A model generated the notes under the pieces. The model was not told where the DNA came from and did not search any database. It worked only from the letters and a program-made list of their open reading frames with translations. DNA of 63,472 nucleotides, filler included, from Circinaria calcarea (Eukaryota), in NCBI GenBank assembly GCA_051942165.1. It is 10 parts of 10 records of this genome, joined end to end, with 100 filler letters (N's around TTAATTAATTAA, not from the genome) between each part and the next. Parts side by side here need not be neighbours in the genome. Positions count along the whole stretch, not along the records: positions 1 to 6,268 come from JAVECS010001620.1; positions 6,369 to 12,635 come from JAVECS010001621.1; 8 more parts are not named here. One strand, written 5' to 3'. The position numbers and the translations under genes are program-made. Below, one piece after another: positions 1 to 8,159 of this stretch (positions within the stretch are counted from its first letter, which is position 1; each line of letters starts with the position of its first letter).

Positions 1-140
1 TGGTGAGCAAACCCTTGGTTCCCATGCTCCCTATGGTTACACGGAGCGGCATCGTAAGCAACCCGGAGTTCGGTCCCTAGTACCCCCGGTACCTAACTCC
101 TTTTGTCCCTAGTGCATGCTATGGTGCTGGCGCCATAACA
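1..140 (-). repeat. 3' LTR, first 140 bp (U3 side)
   Basis: Minus strand reads AGGGGAGGAG-CTTA-TGTTATGGCGCC, so the LTR starts with TG at 140 just after the PPT. TGTTATGGCGC matches the inverted other LTR end (TGTAAGGGCGC at 6130) at 9 of 11 positions. Confidence 0.85.
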
Positions 141-144
141 TAAG

Positions 145-154
145 CTCCTCCCCT
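145..154 (-). promoter_or_regulatory. Polypurine tract (plus-strand primer)
   Basis: AGGGGAGGAG on the minus strand, 4 nt before the TG of the 3' LTR. Confidence 0.85.
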
Positions 155-195
155 AAGGATTTCGTCTCGAATATCCATTTCTGCTTCCTTTCATA

Positions 196-702
196 ATGCC
201 AAAGAAATTGAACCACGAGAACAGTACCATTCGTCGTCGCAAGAAAGCGGCTTTAATCGAAGAACTTGGTTTCCCAAACATGCGTCCCTGTTCTCAGTGT
301 GTTACCGATGGTGTCGTGTGTGTTAGTTCTAATGAGTCGAACTCCTGCGCATTGTGTTATCGTAAACGTCGTGCGTGCGAACTGGCTCCTCCCGACGAGG
401 AGATTCGTCGAACCTACGAAGCAATTGCCAAACTGGATGACCAGGAACTGGCCTCCCGACAAGAAGAGCTTCGCGTTCGAGCGAAGACATTGCGCCTTAG
501 GAAACAAAAGCGTTTCCTACTCAAGAAATTGCGAGAGTTGGGCACTCGCGAGGATCGGAACATTGAGGAGTTGGAGGCGGACGAGGCTCTGTCGGAATCT
601 CTTACCCTGCCCTCCGGCCTTTCCTTCCAGTCCCTTCCTGATTCTGTCTGGGCGACTCTCGAGTCGCCTGTTCAAACTGCCGCAGAGCCTCAGGGCAATT
701 GA
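196..702 (+). CDS. Antisense ORF of the retrotransposon, 168 aa: Zn2Cys6-like cluster, coiled coil, acidic tail
   Basis: ATG start; RRRKK basic patch; C-x2-C-x6-C-x8-C-x2-C-x6-C at nt 289-378; charged helical segment IRRTYEAIAKLDDQE...LRLRKQKRFLLKKLREL. About 400 nt lie outside pol, so it is not just a shadow of pol. Confidence 0.75.
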   Translation: MPKKLNHENSTIRRRKKAALIEELGFPNMRPCSQCVTDGVVCVSSNESNSCALCYRKRRACELAPPDEEIRRTYEAIAKLDDQELASRQEELRVRAKTLRLRKQKRFLLKKLRELGTREDRNIEELEADEALSESLTLPSGLSFQSLPDSVWATLESPVQTAAEPQGN

Positions 703-3700
703 GATGTGCCACCGGCTCCCACGTGTTTTCTTCCTGTGGGTATCCTTCCCACTTGACCAAATATTGCTTTCGTCCTCTGACCATTCGATACTCTAGAATC
801 TTTTCGACCACGTATTCCTGTTCCCGGCTCTCTGGATCGATACTTGACGGATTTGTCTGTACTGGTGTATCGGCGTCTGCTGGTTCCAACAGTGAGATGT
901 GGAATACTGGGTGTATCCTCATTCTAGGCGGTAGATCGAGTTCGAAATTGACTGGTCCTTTGACTTGTTTGATCCTAAATGGTCCCATCTTTGTATGGTC
1001 CAATTTGTTGCTGGGTCGTGTAGTTTTGATGTTTCGTTTCAAAAGATACACTTTGTCCCCCTCCTTGAGAATCGGTCCCCGACTTCTCTTCTTATTGTAG
1101 TGTCGTGCCATATTCTGTTTGTAGAATTCAATGTCCATGGCCACTGACTGTTGCAATTCCTTGAGTTCTGTTGCATGTATCCTTGCTTGTTCAGCCACCT
1201 CTGCGATTTCTCGTGGATTATGAGCTGTTTTCGCCTCATATCCTTTGTTCGCATAGAACGGTGTCATCCCGATCGTGTCGTTGTATGATGTGTTATACGC
1301 AAGTTGTGCTACTGGTAGCAATGCAACCCAATTTGTTTGTTTGTAGTTCACAAAACATCTCAAGAATTGTTCCAAGGTTGAGTTCAACCTTTCCGTTTGT
1401 CCATCACTTTGTGGGTGATATGCTGTTGACAAGCGGTGTTTGACCCCTAACTGTGCAACCAACGAAGTCCAAAACTTCGATGTTACCAGGTGGTCCCGAT
1501 CACTAATGATCTCTTCTGGCATGCCGTGTTCCGCTACGATCCATCGTAGGAACGCATAAGCCAGGTCTTCAGCTGTCGATGATTCCTTGTATGGGATGAA
1601 TTTCCCCTCTTTGGTGAGTTTGTCCGTAACTACCAAGATTGAATCGTAGCTGACATTAGTCATTGGTTCTTTGGAAGCTGGTAACTTCACAATCCAATCC
1701 AATGCTATTGACGTCCAGGCCTTCTTGGGTGTCTGAGTTGGCTGTAACTCCCCATATGGTCTGTGTCTTTCGTGTTTAGTTCGTCTGCAGATGTCGCATT
1801 TTCTGACGAACTCTTCTACTAATTTCCTTTGCTTTGGGAAATAGTATTCTTGGCTGACCCGTTCCATTGTTCGGAGTCGCCCTTGATGTCCACTAGTCAT
1901 TGAATTGTGACACAGTTCAATGATCTTAGTCCTCATTTTGTGTGGTACGTAGGCTTTTTCGTAGAAGTATAGGATCCCATCCTTATCTTCAAATCCTTCC
2001 ACATCTTCTGTTATGAGTTTTGTCAATATGTCTTTTGCAAACTCGTCTTCTTCCGTGGTTTTCCTGAAGTCTTCCATTATGTCAACCTCATCCACTCGGA
2101 ATGTCGCATTCAAGGAACGATTGTATTCTAGGCTCCCGTCTCGGTTTTGCCTAAGAATTGCCTGAGTTACTTGCTCTTGATTCGCAAGGTAATCTGCTCT
2201 TCTGCTTAAAGCGTCTGCTTTAGCGTTCTCAGTTCCTTTCCGGTACATGATCTTGAACCAGTATTCTGCTAGTTCTTCTGACCATCGTACTTGCCTTCGG
2301 TTGAGTTCTTTCGTGGTGGTGAAACTCATTAGATTTTTGTGATCAGTAAAAACCTGTGTCTGTGTTCCAACTCCAGCGAGATAAACCCTCCATTGCTTGA
2401 ATGAATCCACAATTGCAAGCAATTCTTTGTCGTGTATATCGTAGTTCAGTTCCGCACTGGTAAACTTGCGTGAATGATATGCGATGGGGTGGAGTTTTCC
2501 CTGATCATCCGGTTGGCTGATCACTCCCCCTAATGCTTTGTCCGAAGCATCTGTTTCCACGACCTTTGGTCTTTTGGGATCGAACATGGCTAACACGGGT
2601 GCTTTGCAGAACCGTTGTTTTAGGTCCTCAAACGCAGCCTGTTGCTTTGGTCCCCACAGAAACGTTACGTCTTTCCGTGTAAGTTCTGTCAGCGGTGTGG
2701 TGATCCTGGAGTATCCCTTGATGAATCTCCTAAGGAAGTTGGCAAATCCTAAAAACGATTGCACTTCCCTCACCGTGGTTGGTACCGGCCATTCTTGAAC
2801 ATCTTGTACCTTCTTTGGGTCCATTCGGATTCCGTTTTCCGATATGATGAAACCCAAGAATTCCACTTCTTTTTTATGGAACTCTGTCTTGGATAGCTTA
2901 ATGCGTAAATCAGCATTCTTCATTGCTTCCAATACTTTGCTGACATGTTGTACGTGTTCCTTCATGGTTTCCGAGTATACGACAATATCGTCCAAGTATA
3001 CTACCACAAACACGTCCAAGTACTTCCTAAGTACGTTATTGATAAACGCCTGAAATGTTGCAGGTGCGTTTGTCAATCCGAAGGGCATTACTAAATATTC
3101 ATAGTGTCCATAGCGAGTGCGGAAAGCTGTTTTCCACTCGTCCCCTTCTTTGATTCGAATCCGGTTGTATGCTCCTGGAATGTCGAATTTGGTGAACCAC
3201 TTTGCCCCTTGGAACCTGTCTTGCAGTTCCGATATCAATGGCAAAGGGTAACTGTTTTTTACAGTCATTCCGTTCAAGTCCCGATAGTCAACGCATAGTC
3301 GAAGCGTGCCATCTTTCTTCTGGACGAACAATATAGGATATCCTGCTGGCGATTGCGACTCGCGTATGAATCCTTTCCGCATATTCTCATCGATATATGC
3401 TCTGAGAGCTTCAAGCTTCTCTGCTGACAATGGATAAATGGATTTCTTGGTGGGTGTTCTCCCTTCCTCGATCTTTATCTCATGGTCCCATGGCTGATGT
3501 TTAGGCAAGGCTTCATGATCTGGCTCTTCCTCAAACAATTCTTTGTACGCCATGTACTCCTTTGGTATTGCTGGCAAAACAATACTGCCCGATCCCTTGG
3601 ATCCTGTGGTTGGGTACTCTGAGTCAAGGGTTCTGTTTGTCGAACTCGACTTGCTCCATACAACCTGCACGCTCTGAGGGTCTGTTTCCAAGATAGTCGA

Positions 3701-4249
3701 CATCTCTTCCCTCGATATGGCGTGTAACACAACTTCTTTCGCGGGCGTGTCCACCCCTCGAAGTTGCACGGGTTCGCGGCTTTCCTTAAAGTATAGCCTT
3801 TGGTGTGCGCAGTCTAGCAACACCTCTGTTTGTACGAACCAAGGAAGTCCTAAGACGATATCGCTTCCGGATGTCTTCGTAATATCAAACGAGACCATTC
3901 CGATATAGGATCCGATTTTCAACTGGATTCCTTCCGTCTCTTGATCCACTATACCATTGTTGAATTCCGTTGGCGTCCCATCGATCAAGTTCAAGGTATA
4001 GCGATCCTTCTTCCTCCTTAATCTGCAGCGTAATTTTCTTGCAAATTCTGGAGACATGAATATCCCCGTGGCCCCTGTGTCCATTAAAGACTGGGCTAGC
4101 AACCCTTGTACCCGCGCCCATACACGCATGCTACTGGTACCGTCTGTTGCTGCTAACTGCTTTGCTTCTTTGTGCGGGGTGCAGTGGAACCCCTCCGCAG
4201 GCTTCTGAGTAGGCGCCTCCGGTGGCCTGTTGCCCTGAGGGCCACTCAG
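602..4249 (-). CDS. pol: Pol polyprotein (aspartic protease, reverse transcriptase, RNase H, integrase, chromodomain), expressed as Gag-Pol by -1 frameshift
   Basis: DTGATG protease motif; YLDD; ETDASD RNase H; H-H-C-C zinc finger and D-D-E integrase core; GPF motif; C-terminal chromodomain EYVVEKIL...YLVKWEGY...TWEP. The frame is open from the slippery site through the ATG at 4129. Confidence 0.97.
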   Translation of the reverse strand: MSGPQGNRPPEAPTQKPAEGFHCTPHKEAKQLAATDGTSSMRVWARVQGLLAQSLMDTGATGIFMSPEFARKLRCRLRRKKDRYTLNLIDGTPTEFNNGIVDQETEGIQLKIGSYIGMVSFDITKTSGSDIVLGLPWFVQTEVLLDCAHQRLYFKESREPVQLRGVDTPAKEVVLHAISREEMSTILETDPQSVQVVWSKSSSTNRTLDSEYPTTGSKGSGSIVLPAIPKEYMAYKELFEEEPDHEALPKHQPWDHEIKIEEGRTPTKKSIYPLSAEKLEALRAYIDENMRKGFIRESQSPAGYPILFVQKKDGTLRLCVDYRDLNGMTVKNSYPLPLISELQDRFQGAKWFTKFDIPGAYNRIRIKEGDEWKTAFRTRYGHYEYLVMPFGLTNAPATFQAFINNVLRKYLDVFVVVYLDDIVVYSETMKEHVQHVSKVLEAMKNADLRIKLSKTEFHKKEVEFLGFIISENGIRMDPKKVQDVQEWPVPTTVREVQSFLGFANFLRRFIKGYSRITTPLTELTRKDVTFLWGPKQQAAFEDLKQRFCKAPVLAMFDPKRPKVVETDASDKALGGVISQPDDQGKLHPIAYHSRKFTSAELNYDIHDKELLAIVDSFKQWRVYLAGVGTQTQVFTDHKNLMSFTTTKELNRRQVRWSEELAEYWFKIMYRKGTENAKADALSRRADYLANQEQVTQAILRQNRDGSLEYNRSLNATFRVDEVDIMEDFRKTTEEDEFAKDILTKLITEDVEGFEDKDGILYFYEKAYVPHKMRTKIIELCHNSMTSGHQGRLRTMERVSQEYYFPKQRKLVEEFVRKCDICRRTKHERHRPYGELQPTQTPKKAWTSIALDWIVKLPASKEPMTNVSYDSILVVTDKLTKEGKFIPYKESSTAEDLAYAFLRWIVAEHGMPEEIISDRDHLVTSKFWTSLVAQLGVKHRLSTAYHPQSDGQTERLNSTLEQFLRCFVNYKQTNWVALLPVAQLAYNTSYNDTIGMTPFYANKGYEAKTAHNPREIAEVAEQARIHATELKELQQSVAMDIEFYKQNMARHYNKKRSRGPILKEGDKVYLLKRNIKTTRPSNKLDHTKMGPFRIKQVKGPVNFELDLPPRMRIHPVFHISLLEPADADTPVQTNPSSIDPESREQEYVVEKILEYRMVRGRKQYLVKWEGYPQEENTWEPVAHLNCPEALRQFEQATRESPRQNQEGTGRKGRRAG

Positions 4250-4255
4250 TTTTTT
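4205..4255 (-). promoter_or_regulatory. -1 programmed ribosomal frameshift signal
   Basis: A AAA AAC heptamer (4255-4249) directly before the gag TGA, followed by the stem GTGGCC...GGCCAC. The -1 frame reads LSGPQGNRPPEAP...TSSMRVW into pol. Confidence 0.85.
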
Positions 4256-6078
4256 GCTTGTCTGGAGTCACCAAACATTGGTGTCGCTCCAGCGTATTCG
4301 AATTCGTTGGGTTCTACCCGTGCTTCTGGATAGATTGTTGGATCCCTTTTGTTGAATTCGGCCCTGAGGTGAAATGCCTTCATCCTCAGTTCTCGAGGTA
4401 TGAACCCGTTGTCGGGGGTTACATAACCTCCTGTGGTAGTAAACCTACTACCTACTGGTGGATGTTCCAGTATGATGTCTGAATAGCTGATTGATCCATC
4501 TTGGCTTCTTCGGCCAAACGCTCTTTGTATGCGTTGTTCGATCATCTTCATGCGTTCTTCACTGACATCCGTCCTAGCCCGCAATACGTTGAATACCTCG
4601 TCGTATGCTGTGCTGAACCTGCCAGCTGCTTCCCACTCGGCAGTGTTCCCTAGGTACAGTCTTGGGATCATCTCCTGGTCCTGTCGGACTACTTCCCGTA
4701 CTGCCTCGAGCACGACTAGTTGTATCGTCTCTAGTTTTGCTACGGTGATCCCCATTCGATTGCTCCCCTCTTGTATGAGTGAACCGAATGCCTCCACGAT
4801 GGCGTCTTCCGTAGGGTTGTGGGGTGCGCGGGTTTCCGCTATCTTCACCTCAGCCCATTCGTCGTCAGATGTTGACAAGATTTCGTCGCCATCGGAGTCA
4901 TAATTGATTATCCTCGGGTGTTCCGTGAATTCAATTGGTGTCAGAGGTCTCCCCCTCTGAGTTGCGCATAGCGACCTGCTCTGTCTTGGCGGTTTTGGAT
5001 ACCACCCTGACCCTTCTTTGTCGCTTTGGTGTGTTGAACAATAGTCGTCATAACACGCCGTCCAAGACATTGATGCATGATTTGTCTTGCTTGTGGCGGC
5101 CAATTCCCTTGGTCGCCGTCCCTTGTTTGGGATGGGTTTCGACTCTGTTTGGTATGCGTCCCTTCTTCTTGACTGATCAGGGCAATCCCTCTTGATATGA
5201 TTGGGTTTTCCGCATCCATAGCATATTACTTGCTTTGTTGACCCCTGGGGTTTTCCTTTCCATCGTGTTTGTCGATATGGAGTCTTGACCGCCGCATCCA
5301 ACTCCATTGGTTGCGGTCCGTAATACGCTCGTCGTCCCGATTTCTTTCCTCTTGACTTCTTTCCGGAGTACTGTCGCTCATGACCTTGCTGGGGTTTTCC
5401 ACCCTTCTCCAATCGTCGTTCGTACTGTCTGTTGTCTATCCGTACAGATCGATTGATCATGGCTTCTAGGTCTTCTGGTCTCTCGGACCTGGCGATCTCA
5501 TCCTGGACCTCGTTCTTGAGTCCCTGGTAGTACTTCCAAGTCAAGGCTTCTTCTCCCCATTGCGTCTTTACCGAAATCCTTTGGAATTCCGACGCATATG
5601 TTGAAGCTGCACCTTTTTGCTTCAACTGGGCGAGTTCCCTTTCGGCAGTCCGTTCTTCGTCAATATCACCAAACATCCTATTCATTCGTTGCTTGAAGGT
5701 GTCATAACTGGTGAATATCCTCAGGGTTTCTTCTCCTGAGTCGTCCTCGTCATCTAGGTATTCTTGCAGGAATGGTTCAAACCATTTGGCTGCCTGTCCT
5801 CGAAGGTATGTTGAGACGAAAAGTACTTTGTCGGAGTCTGCCTGGAAGTGCTGTCCGTTGAATCGCATGTACAGTTGGCACTGTAGTAGGAACGTTCCGA
5901 GGTCTCCTCTCTTTCCGCTGTACTCGTCTGGCTTCGATACTTTCATTTCCTTGATGGTGACGGGTGGTTGCTGTACCACCGTTGCGGCCACAGGTGGGGC
6001 CACAGCTGCTATGTTAGGTCTTGCTGCTGCTGGGGTTGCTCCTACCTGACTCGGCGCTGGACTGACTGGACCTGCCAT
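4246..6078 (-). CDS. gag: Gag polyprotein, 610 aa
   Basis: Retrotransposon capsid region (KPDEYSGKR...LKQKGAASTYASEF), PMELD linker, CCHC knuckle CYGCGKPNHIKRDC, second Cys/His motif HASMSWTACYDDYCSTH. Confidence 0.95.
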   Translation of the reverse strand: MAGPVSPAPSQVGATPAAARPNIAAVAPPVAATVVQQPPVTIKEMKVSKPDEYSGKRGDLGTFLLQCQLYMRFNGQHFQADSDKVLFVSTYLRGQAAKWFEPFLQEYLDDEDDSGEETLRIFTSYDTFKQRMNRMFGDIDEERTAERELAQLKQKGAASTYASEFQRISVKTQWGEEALTWKYYQGLKNEVQDEIARSERPEDLEAMINRSVRIDNRQYERRLEKGGKPQQGHERQYSGKKSRGKKSGRRAYYGPQPMELDAAVKTPYRQTRWKGKPQGSTKQVICYGCGKPNHIKRDCPDQSRRRDAYQTESKPIPNKGRRPRELAATSKTNHASMSWTACYDDYCSTHQSDKEGSGWYPKPPRQSRSLCATQRGRPLTPIEFTEHPRIINYDSDGDEILSTSDDEWAEVKIAETRAPHNPTEDAIVEAFGSLIQEGSNRMGITVAKLETIQLVVLEAVREVVRQDQEMIPRLYLGNTAEWEAAGRFSTAYDEVFNVLRARTDVSEERMKMIEQRIQRAFGRRSQDGSISYSDIILEHPPVGSRFTTTGGYVTPDNGFIPRELRMKAFHLRAEFNKRDPTIYPEARVEPNEFEYAGATPMFGDSRQAKN

Positions 6079-6118
6079 GTTGGAAAGAGCTTGTCTTCCA
6101 ACCGTATCCTCAAAGGGT

Positions 6119-6129
6119 GATGCTTATAA
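6119..6129 (-). promoter_or_regulatory. Primer-binding site, non-tRNA type (probably self-priming)
   Basis: TTATAAGCATC follows the LTR-terminal CA directly and lacks the TGG needed to pair with a tRNA CCA end. Confidence 0.55.
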
Positions 6130-6268
6130 TGTAAGGGCGCTGCAATCCTTGGAGGCTATTGAGGAATATGATAGGCTCCGATTGGTGGTAGCACGGTTAC
6201 ATAGAACGTAGTCAAACTATTGTTCTAGGCTCAATACAAGAAGTATGTATTGAACTCGTTATGGGTCT
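6130..6268 (-). repeat. 5' LTR, last 139 bp (R/U5 side)
   Basis: Minus strand ends ...GCGCCCTTACA, an imperfect inverted repeat of the 3' LTR start, about 50 nt upstream of the gag ATG. Confidence 0.8.
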
Positions 6269-6368
6269 NNNNNNNNNNNNNNNNNNNNNNNNNNNNNNNN
6301 NNNNNNNNNNNNTTAATTAATTAANNNNNNNNNNNNNNNNNNNNNNNNNNNNNNNNNNNNNNNNNNNN
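6269..6368. other. Artificial contig linker; also at 12636-12735, 18998-19097, 25358-25457, 31714-31813, 38068-38167, 44421-44520, 50773-50872, 57123-57222
   Basis: N44-TTAATTAATTAA-N44 with stops in all six frames; contig lengths fall from 6268 to 6250. Confidence 0.99.
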
Positions 6369-7915
6369 GGTTTCGGAGATGGAGGGGAGGGTGGCGAGGT
6401 GGAGGGAAAGGGAGAGGAGGAGGGCGGGGGTGTCGATGCGGCGGATTAGGGGGGTGCTTGGAGTGCTAGTGGACGGGTGGATGTAGGCGAGAATTGGAGG
6501 AATGGTGAGAGGGGGTTTAGACAGAGAGGGTTCGGTGGTGGAGGCGTCAGGAGTGGGTGCTGAGACGCGGGAGGCGAAGGAAGGTCTTGGGGAGGGTTTT
6601 GGTTCTGATCTGAGGTTGGTGCTGGTTTGGGTGGTGCTCATGCTGCTGAGATCCATATCCTCCTCTACCAAGCCGTCGTTGTGGCTGCCGCTTTCGCCCT
6701 CTTTTCCTTCGGGAGGGTAGAAAATTTCGCGGAGGCCGAGCTTTTCGCCTAAGCCGTTCTGCCAGCCGGCTTTGGCCCACCAGCCTACGACGTCTTCGCT
6801 AATGCTATCCATGGTCTCGTTCTTCTTGACCATTTCCAAGACCCAGTGGGGGAAGAGGTAGATGTGAGCATCGCGGTAGGTCGTGAGCATTCTGATCCGG
6901 CCATGCTTTCGTATGAGGCCGTGCCTGATGGGGAAGCATTTCTTTTCCTCGGTAATGTCTCTCAAGGTGTCTGTGGTGGTGGAGTAAACGAGTTTGGAAA
7001 TATTTGAGCGTAACGAGCCTTCTGGTGGAGATACGATAGGGGTTTCGAGTGGTGCGGTGATAACAAAGTCGGTCTCTTCCCCCTTGATGCTATTTTCCCC
7101 TTTGGTTTGAAACCATACGCCGAGACCACCCCTTCGTCCACCCTTCTCTCCCCCGCTGCCCATCTTTGGTCCGAGGTAATCTAGGCTGCCGGCTGCTGCT
7201 CCTCCACCCAGCGCGGCCTGTTGGATCATCCATGCTTCCAGTAGAGCCTCTCCAGCAATTCCACAGATTAGATCGCATGGTAAGATGATAAAATCACCAG
7301 TAACGGCGGCCTGAACTTCGGGTTGACGGAGTATTTCTGCTGTACCGCTGGTCTGTGTGATATTTACTGGCGCGAGGATGTCGGCTCGTGGAAGCGGAAG
7401 AGAGGTGAGATGGGGGTTTTGGGACAGAGCAGCTTCAATGACTTTAGCGGAGGATGGAGGCGTTATCAAGTTGATATCTTGAAGCAGCAGTTAGTCCTGA
7501 ATATTTACAAGTAGGCAACCTTGCCATTGAAAGATAACAAGGGAGATCCGCTTAGAACATCGACACCACCACAAACGACAAGAAAAAACCAAATATCTTC
7601 TTTGATTTCGATATCCGAATATGCCTATAGGAAATCGACTTTTCATAGAGCAGCAAACTGGGAAGGCAAGGTCAAGCATGATAACTGCAACCTGCACATT
7701 CAAACTTATAAGTCTCACCGTCAACCAGACCTACCTGTAATGCCCATCCGATAGCACCAATCCAAAGGATACCATATCATTGGCCTGTTAGCGATGGGAA
7801 TTAGGGCTTTTGGGAAGTCTTCTGGATTTGATGTAAATGTATTCAAAGAAACTCCAGGACCGCAGAGAATAAATGCTTGAAAGCCCGGCGAGGGCATTGA
7901 AAGCGCATGAGGCAT
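6369..7915 (-). CDS. GCD1: Translation initiation factor eIF2B gamma subunit, 3' truncated; intron 7478-7734
   Basis: FQAFILCGPG...PKALIPIANRPMIWYPLDWC nucleotidyltransferase-like N-terminus; GTAEILR, DFIILPCDL, DAHIYLFPHWV. Confidence 0.9.
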
Positions 7916-8159
7916 GATTAATGACTTGGCTGCTTGGTAAAACAAATACTGCGAGCTGGTTCAGCCAAACAAACATGTTTTGTAGAGGGAGTCTTGAATT
8001 ATCTATATATTTCTCGGCCCTACTCGTCCCGCAAACCCTTTGGTTTCCAGCCCCATCAGGCGGTGTCAACATGCCAAAGGCAGAGGGGCGTCATTCCAAG
8101 TCTTGTCGGTTATCTACATATACATTAACCATACAAACTGTTTATTTTTACCTACCTTA

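Larger units (their letters stand above)
1..6268 (-). mobile_element. Ty3/Gypsy LTR retrotransposon (chromovirus), internal region complete, both LTRs cut off by the contig ends
   Basis: On the minus strand the order is 5' LTR end, PBS, gag, pol (PR-RT-RH-IN-chromodomain), PPT, 3' LTR start. No stops in gag or pol. Confidence 0.97.

Noticed and set aside
699..6049. Other plus-strand ORFs opposite gag and pol
   Set aside because: Fully nested antisense shadows, mostly with non-ATG starts and no motifs, unlike the 196-702 ORF.
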